From an uncultured bacterium (GTDB lineage Bacteria; Omnitrophota; Omnitrophia; Omnitrophales; Aquincolibacteriaceae), in NCBI GenBank assembly GCA_964373045.1, contig CAYJSI010000006.1, positions 878 to 64,877 of the forward strand: a stretch of DNA of 64,000 bases, in the 5' to 3' direction. A program made the position numbers and the translations under genes. Position 1 is the stretch's first letter. Each line of letters opens with the position of its first letter. Shown here piece after piece: positions 59,193 to 64,000 of this stretch. The notes beneath the pieces are model-generated. The model was not told where the DNA came from, searched no databases, and worked only from the letters and a program-made list of their open reading frames with translations.

Positions 59193-59905
59193 TCGTACTT
59201 CTCGAAGAAAATCTGTTCCTTCGTAAATCCCATCTCAAAGGCCATCTTCTGTACATCATTGATCATGTTCGTGAGGCCGCAAATGTAGAGGTACTTGTCT
59301 TTCGACTCCTGGATGTATTTTTTCAGCATAAACTGCACGTACTCTTTTTCGCCCTTCCACGTCTTGGGGCGTGAAACCGTAAAGACGTTGTGAAAATTTT
59401 TATGCCCCAGCGCCAAATTTTCGAATTCTTCCTGATAGAGGATGTCTTCCTCGTAGCGGTTTCCGAAAATATTCCAAATCTCACACGGGGCCTTTTGATC
59501 CAAAAGGGTGTGGATCATGGAGCGAAAGGGGGCAATGCCGGTGCCGGTGGAGACAAAGACGATGGTTTTGGGAAGAGGCTGGCGGAGCGTGAATCGTCCG
59601 AGGGGGCCCTGGATCTCGAGCGTATCGCCTTCCTTATAATTCCAGAGGTGGTTTGTGACAAATCCTCCCTCGATCCGCTTCCAGCAAAGATCCACAGTGC
59701 CCTTCCACAAGGGGGGTGAGGCAATGGAATAGGGTCTTTTGACCAGCTTCTGACCGTCTTCGCCTTTCATGAGGATGTTCAGAAATTGGCCGGCCTCGAA
59801 GTCAAAATTGACAGAGGGATCAAAGACAAGCTTGAAATGGCGCGTATCCTGGATGCCCAGGTCCTTGACTTTCTGAATCGTGGCGGTAAAGATTCCGGCC
59901 TTCAT
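59189..59905 (-). CDS. FNR-family FAD/NAD(P)-binding oxidoreductase (ferredoxin-NADP reductase-like)
   Basis: RPYSIAS (the R.YS FAD motif) and GTGIAPF (NAD(P) binding) are present, with a C-terminal CG motif. Confidence 0.65.
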   Translation of the reverse strand: MKAGIFTATIQKVKDLGIQDTRHFKLVFDPSVNFDFEAGQFLNILMKGEDGQKLVKRPYSIASPPLWKGTVDLCWKRIEGGFVTNHLWNYKEGDTLEIQGPLGRFTLRQPLPKTIVFVSTGTGIAPFRSMIHTLLDQKAPCEIWNIFGNRYEEDILYQEEFENLALGHKNFHNVFTVSRPKTWKGEKEYVQFMLKKYIQESKDKYLYICGLTNMINDVQKMAFEMGFTKEQIFFEKYD

Positions 59906-59954
59906 ATACGTTATACTCTATAGTGATTTGAGTTACGAATTATAGGGAGGGCCG

Positions 59955-61823
59955 ATGGGCCCTGTAAAGCGAAAAGAATTCATCTTGATGACAGACAAGC
60001 TCCAGGAAAATAAAAGTCCGACGGAAAAACGAAGAATTCGCCGCCCTTTTAGGCTTTCCCTGCGTTACAAGCTTGCTTTTCCCACGCTCATAGTTTCCTG
60101 CCTCATGCTCTTTTTTTTGTTTCGCATGACCTTTCAGACGGTCCGCGCCTTGGTGCTCGAGCAGACCGAAAACCGCCTGAAGGCCATGGCCGAGGTCTTT
60201 GCGGAAACCGTAAAGGTGCCGCTCATCCTTAAAAATCAGCAAGTCCTCCTTGCCAACATTGAATGGATGTCAAAACGAAGCGATGTGCTCGAGGTTCGCG
60301 TCGAAGATGCGGAGGGTGTCATTGTGGGAGGCTCCCAGACGACCTACGCCTCGCTTCCTCCTTCTGTGGGGGGAGCCGATTTTCTCGGTGTGAAGAGGCT
60401 TGCGGCGGACCAATTCGCCGTGGCCGTTCCCATCCAGGCCCACGACCGCAAGCTCGGCCGGGTCCTCATTATGTTTTCTCAACAGGGCCTGGAGGAGGAA
60501 CTTAGAAGAATTTTTGAAGAGAGGCTGCTGCTTGCCTTTGGAATGGCGCTCATTCTTGCCGTTCTTACCTCGGGCCTGACCTGGCTCGCCATTCGTCCGG
60601 TTTTCAATCTTAAGAAAGCGGCTCAGGAGATTGTGGCGGGGGATTTGAGCGCACGGGCGCGCGTCAATTCCTTCGATGAAATTCAGGACCTCGAGGAGGC
60701 CTTTAACGAAATGGTGGCGCGGCTCGCCAAGAGTCTCGATAATCTCCGCTCCCGCACCGAGGCGCTTGAGGAGTCGGAAGAAAAATACCGGCTTGTGGTG
60801 GACAATGCGAGTGACATTATTTTTATGCTGGCGCCCCAGGGCAATCTTGTCTTGTTGAATCGCGGGTTTTCGGGGCACAGCCGCGATGAGATGCTCTCCA
60901 AAGGTCTCCCTTTGTTTCTCTCGCTTCACAAGGCGGAGTCCCAGCTGAAGTTTGAAGAAGCGCTTCGCACGGTCCGGGAATCGAAAGAGCCGATCTTAAA
61001 TCTTTCCACCGTGCACCAGCATCCGCAAACCAAAACCGAAATCTACTATCTCACGAACCTGACGCCGGTGCTCGATCACGAAGGGCGTGTGAAATTAGTT
61101 CAGGGTGTGATGCGCGATGTGACGGAGCTCCGGCGCATCGAAACGATGAAAGAGTCTCTCATCCGCGACGTGGCCCACGAGCTTAAGACGCCCACCGCGA
61201 AATTTGAAATGGCTGTCAATTGGTTTGAAAAAGAAATGGAAAAACAGAAGGAGGCTCAAAAATACCGCCAGGTGGTGGCGATTCTCAAAAGCAACACGGA
61301 CCGGCTCTCACGCACCATCTCGAGCATTATGGACCTCTCCAAACTCGAGTCCGGGATGTATCGCATCGAGAAAGCGGATCTCGATCTCAACGAGGTCCTG
61401 GAGCAGGTGCGCCAGGATATGGAGCCTTTGTGCCGGCAAAAACATTTGTCACTGGAATGTTCCTTTTCGCCCGAGCCCCTTCCCATGCAAGGGGACCGCG
61501 ACATGCTTTACCGGCTCTTCGTGAATCTGATCGGGAATGCGGCGAAATTTACCGAGATTGGGAAAATTGTCCTTCAAAGTAAGTGGATGAATTCACGGGT
61601 CCTGGTGGAGGTGGCGGATTCGGGGCCGGGGATTGAAAAACAGGACCTCGATAAAATTTTCGAACGGTTTTTTCAAAAGACGGCCTCGAGCGTTGGGATC
61701 GGGGTGGGACTTACCATTTGCCGGGATATTGCAGGGCTTCACCAGGGGAAGATTTGGGTGGAAAGCGAAGGGCTTGGCAAAGGGAGCACTTTTAAAGTAG
61801 AATTCCCCCTTACGGTCAAATAG
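59955..61823 (+). CDS. Membrane sensor histidine kinase (TM-HAMP-PAS-HisKA-HATPase_c)
   Basis: The H-box is DVAHELKTPT, the N box NLIGNAAKF, G1 DSGPGI and G2 GVGLTICR. HAMP and PAS segments are recognisable. Confidence 0.8.
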   Translation: MGPVKRKEFILMTDKLQENKSPTEKRRIRRPFRLSLRYKLAFPTLIVSCLMLFFLFRMTFQTVRALVLEQTENRLKAMAEVFAETVKVPLILKNQQVLLANIEWMSKRSDVLEVRVEDAEGVIVGGSQTTYASLPPSVGGADFLGVKRLAADQFAVAVPIQAHDRKLGRVLIMFSQQGLEEELRRIFEERLLLAFGMALILAVLTSGLTWLAIRPVFNLKKAAQEIVAGDLSARARVNSFDEIQDLEEAFNEMVARLAKSLDNLRSRTEALEESEEKYRLVVDNASDIIFMLAPQGNLVLLNRGFSGHSRDEMLSKGLPLFLSLHKAESQLKFEEALRTVRESKEPILNLSTVHQHPQTKTEIYYLTNLTPVLDHEGRVKLVQGVMRDVTELRRIETMKESLIRDVAHELKTPTAKFEMAVNWFEKEMEKQKEAQKYRQVVAILKSNTDRLSRTISSIMDLSKLESGMYRIEKADLDLNEVLEQVRQDMEPLCRQKHLSLECSFSPEPLPMQGDRDMLYRLFVNLIGNAAKFTEIGKIVLQSKWMNSRVLVEVADSGPGIEKQDLDKIFERFFQKTASSVGIGVGLTICRDIAGLHQGKIWVESEGLGKGSTFKVEFPLTVK

Positions 61824-61847
61824 CACTCATCAAAAAAGGAATCACTC

Positions 61848-62219
61848 ATGGCTGAATATACGATTATGATTGTCGATGATGACGAAGATCTTCATACCCT
61901 TTATGGGCTTTATCTCCAGGGGGAGTCCTTTAATGTTCTAAAGGCCTACAACGGCAAAGAGGCGCTTGAACTGCTCGACCGCGAACGCCCTGACCTGATT
62001 GTGCTTGATATGATCATGCCGGTGATGGACGGGGAAGAATTTTTCACGAAGCTTCGCAAGGAGCGGAACATTCAGGATATCCCGGTCATCATTGCCAGCG
62101 TGAATGAGAAAATCCCGCCGAAACTTTTTGAGCTCGGCAATGTCTACACCACCCTCAAGAAGCCTTTTACCATCGAGACGCTTGTCGGCAAGATTCGGGA
62201 AGCCCTCTCTAAAAAGTAA
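61848..62219 (+). CDS. Single-domain response regulator (REC only)
   Basis: IMIVDDDEDL...DLIVLDMIMPVMDG...LKKP is a CheY-like receiver. Confidence 0.8.
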   Translation: MAEYTIMIVDDDEDLHTLYGLYLQGESFNVLKAYNGKEALELLDRERPDLIVLDMIMPVMDGEEFFTKLRKERNIQDIPVIIASVNEKIPPKLFELGNVYTTLKKPFTIETLVGKIREALSKK

Positions 62220-62231
62220 AGAAAAAGTAGA

Positions 62232-62353
62232 GGCGGACCCGCGTGTCCGCCCAACGTTCATGGTTACCAATGTAATGGCACGGCGCGCCGTGCCATTACG
62301 ATAAGGGCCGACAACCGCCACGAAACCTTCGGCAGGCAGGCGCGGGTCGGCCC
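62232..62353. repeat. Composite palindromic element cluster: GGCGGAC-ccgcgt-GTCCGCC hairpin + 28-bp GTAATGGCACGGCGCGCCGTGCCATTAC palindrome + GGGCCGAC...GTCGGCCCCTACAGCATC
   Basis: It has the same modular organisation as the 16271-16338 element, with the GCACGGCGCGCCGTGC core of 55005-55032. It lies between the response regulator and archease. Confidence 0.75.
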
Positions 62354-62370
62354 CTACAGCATCATTCTCT

Positions 62371-62790
62371 ATGGCTCCCTACTCAATTCTGGACCACGTT
62401 GCCGATATCGGCCTTCGCATCGAGGGAGGAGATCTTCCGACCCTCTTCCGATCGGCCGCGCAGGGTCTCTTTGATTTGATCACGGATGCCCAAAAAATTG
62501 TCCCCCTTTCGGTCGAGCAAGTTTTTGAGATTCGGGCAAAAGACCTGAGTGATTTATTTTTAAAATGGCTGCGCGAGCTGTTATTTACCTTTTCGACGAA
62601 GAAACTCATTTTCGCGGATTTTGAATTTACGAGACTGAGCAGGACTCATCTTCAAGCGAAGGCCCACGGCGGCATCTTTGATCCCAAGCGCCATCCCCAG
62701 AGATACGAAATCAAGGCCGTGACGTATCATGGGTTTAAAATCGAGAAGAAAAAGGAAGGGTGGATCGCCGAAGTTATCTTTGATATATGA
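62371..62790 (+). CDS. Archease (RtcB activator)
   Basis: MAPYSILDHVADIGLRIEGGDL is the archease N-terminal signature. The TGA stop overlaps the rtcB ATG (ATGA). Confidence 0.8.
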   Translation: MAPYSILDHVADIGLRIEGGDLPTLFRSAAQGLFDLITDAQKIVPLSVEQVFEIRAKDLSDLFLKWLRELLFTFSTKKLIFADFEFTRLSRTHLQAKAHGGIFDPKRHPQRYEIKAVTYHGFKIEKKKEGWIAEVIFDI

Positions 62791-64000
62791 CCATTCCCTT
62801 GAACAAAATCGACGAGTGCCGCTGGGAGATCCCGAAAAGTTATAAGAGCGGGATGCGGGTGCCGGGGCTTATTTTTGCGAGCGAGGACATGGTGGTAGGG
62901 GCACGGCGCGCCATGCCCCTACAAAATGACCAGGCCCTGGAACAAGTTGCCAACGTTGCCCACCTTCCGGGGATTGTGAAATATTCCCTTGCCATGCCGG
63001 ACATTCACTGGGGCTATGGATTTCCGATTGGAGGCGTGGCGGCTACGGATCCCGACGAAGGCGGTGTGATTTCTCCGGGCGGAGTCGGTTACGATATTAA
63101 CTGCGGCGTAAGACTCATCCGCACGAATTTAAAAGAGGCCGAGGTCAAACCAAGACTTCGCGAACTCATCGGTGCACTTTTTAATACCATTCCCTGCGGT
63201 GTCGGTCAGTCGGGAGATATCCGCGTGAACAAGCAAGAGCTTAAAAAATTGGTGACTCAAGGGGCGCGGTGGGCTGTGGGGCGCGGTTTGGGAGGTGAGG
63301 ACGATCTTGATCACACTGAAGCGAACGGCGTTCTTGAGGATGCTGATCCTTGCGCAGTCTCCGAAAGGGCTTATGAACGGGGGGCCGATCAGCTCGGAAC
63401 CCTTGGCTCGGGCAACCATTTTTTAGAAGTCCAGGTAGTGGATAAAATTTTTGATTCGGATTCGGCGCGCCAGTTTGATTTAGAAGAAAACCAAGTGACG
63501 GTCATGATCCACTCCGGTTCGCGCGGATTCGGTTATCAAGTGTGTGAAGATTCACTCGAAGCCGCGCGCCGGGCGCTTACGAAGTACAAAATTTCAGTGC
63601 CCGATATCCAACTCGCCTGCGCTCCCGTCAATTCTCCGGAGGGTCGCCAGTACCTCGCCGCCATGCGTGCGGCCGCCAATTATGCCTGGAATAATCGGCA
63701 GTGTCTTCTTGCCCTGACACGCAGCCTTTTCGAGAAATTTTTTAGGATGAGTCCACGCGATCTTGGGATGGATCTCATTTATGATGTGGCCCACAACATT
63801 GCGAAATTCGAGCGTTTCAAAATCGAGGGCAAGGAAAAACTCCTTTGCGTCCACCGCAAAGGTGCCACACGCGCTTTTACGGGCGAGCCGGTGATCATCC
63901 CGGGGGATATGGGCCGCAATTCCTACCTATTAACAGGGACTCGGCAGGCGATGGAGGAAACCTTCGGCACGTCCTGCCACGGCGCGGGCCGGGCCATGTC
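62787..64000 (+). CDS. rtcB: RNA-splicing ligase RtcB (3' end beyond the window)
   Basis: MPDIHWGYGFPIGGVAATD, NCGVRL, GSGNHF and CHGAGR are RtcB metal- and GMP-site motifs. The ORF runs off the window, which is why the ORF track does not list it. Confidence 0.85.
   Translation, partial: MTIPLNKIDECRWEIPKSYKSGMRVPGLIFASEDMVVGARRAMPLQNDQALEQVANVAHLPGIVKYSLAMPDIHWGYGFPIGGVAATDPDEGGVISPGGVGYDINCGVRLIRTNLKEAEVKPRLRELIGALFNTIPCGVGQSGDIRVNKQELKKLVTQGARWAVGRGLGGEDDLDHTEANGVLEDADPCAVSERAYERGADQLGTLGSGNHFLEVQVVDKIFDSDSARQFDLEENQVTVMIHSGSRGFGYQVCEDSLEAARRALTKYKISVPDIQLACAPVNSPEGRQYLAAMRAAANYAWNNRQCLLALTRSLFEKFFRMSPRDLGMDLIYDVAHNIAKFERFKIEGKEKLLCVHRKGATRAFTGEPVIIPGDMGRNSYLLTGTRQAMEETFGTSCHGAGRAM
62895..62922 (+). 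repeat. 28-bp palindromic repeat copy (one mismatch to the 55005 core) read through in frame inside rtcB, encoding VGARRAMPL
   Basis: GTAGGGGCACGGCGCGCCATGCCCCTAC begins at an rtcB codon boundary. The surrounding segment between ASE and NDQALEQ is about 5 aa longer than in RtcB proteins I recall. Confidence 0.7.

Overview
This is a gene-dense bacterial chromosomal window of about 64 kb with roughly 50% GC. It looks Gram-negative-like, with LPS, Lpt and complex I genes; I did not attempt phylum assignment. The gene content from start to end is below.

- **Signalling module, 0-4.6 kb.** It holds a tandem-REC response regulator, a duplicated XRE-HTH/cupin regulator, a small hypothetical gene, and a cytoplasmic histidine kinase. 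The kinase's 3' end is duplicated as a ~194-bp direct repeat that brackets a small DUF4258/DUF2283 toxin-antitoxin-like cassette and leaves a displaced kinase fragment.
- **4.7-7.8 kb.** A PEGA-domain membrane protein is coupled to a processive GT2 synthase carrying the QxxRW motif.
- **7.8-8.7 kb.** A bactofilin-HTH fusion sits next to a membrane-anchored HTH protein.
- **8.7-16.2 kb.** acpS, a YdjC-family gene, surE, an aldehyde dehydrogenase paired with a class-III aminotransferase, and then a patch of small and membrane hypotheticals: a Zn-ribbon protein, an RDD protein, and a polytopic membrane protein.
- **16.35-47.5 kb.** One co-directional run of about 31 kb and 34 genes, mostly overlapping. 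It opens with topA carrying an in-frame N-terminal ThiS-like ubiquitin-fold domain with a GG motif, followed by a Xer recombinase.
- **Lipid A, Kdo and heptose core genes in the run.**
  - waaA and lpxK.
  - An LpxL-ELM1 fusion and a GT4-GT9 fusion.
  - Three more GT9 genes, one of them a GT9-GT9 tandem, so five heptosyltransferase domains in total.
  - A CE4 deacetylase.
  - The heptose kinase domain of hldE.
  - kdsB, pyrG, kdsA and kdsD, then a second lpxL.
- **Later genes in the run.** An lptC/A-like gene, lptB, hpf, ptsN, a membrane-anchored YvcK/CofD-like protein, HPr, ptsI, a PGI/PMI isomerase, a sugar-1-phosphate nucleotidyltransferase, metK and ahcY. The run ends at a clear bidirectional terminator.
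- **Minus strand, 47.5-58.6 kb.** A GNAT gene and an 11-subunit nuoABCDHIJKLMN operon. No nuoEFG is present in this window, and NuoB, NuoC and NuoI carry C-terminal extensions.
- **Window end.** NUDIX, an FNR-like oxidoreductase, a HAMP/PAS histidine kinase with a response regulator, then archease with an rtcB that overlaps it and runs off the window.

The features I would look at first are these.

- A family of GC-rich palindromic repeat elements, with a 28-bp GTAGGGGCACGGCGCGCCGTGCCCCTAC core and GGCGGAC..GTCCGCC hairpins. Copies sit in the topA 5' UTR, between nuoI and nuoH, and between the response regulator and archease. A fourth copy is read through in frame inside rtcB, reminiscent of the in-frame insertion of Rickettsia palindromic elements.
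- The ThiS-TopA fusion.
- The repeat-flanked toxin-antitoxin insertion into the kinase gene.
- The bactofilin-HTH pair.
- Homopolymeric C tracts in the ptsH start (C9) and in the hldA promoter spacer (C7).

All calls rest on reading the translated ORFs and the nucleotide sequence by eye. No database searches were run.
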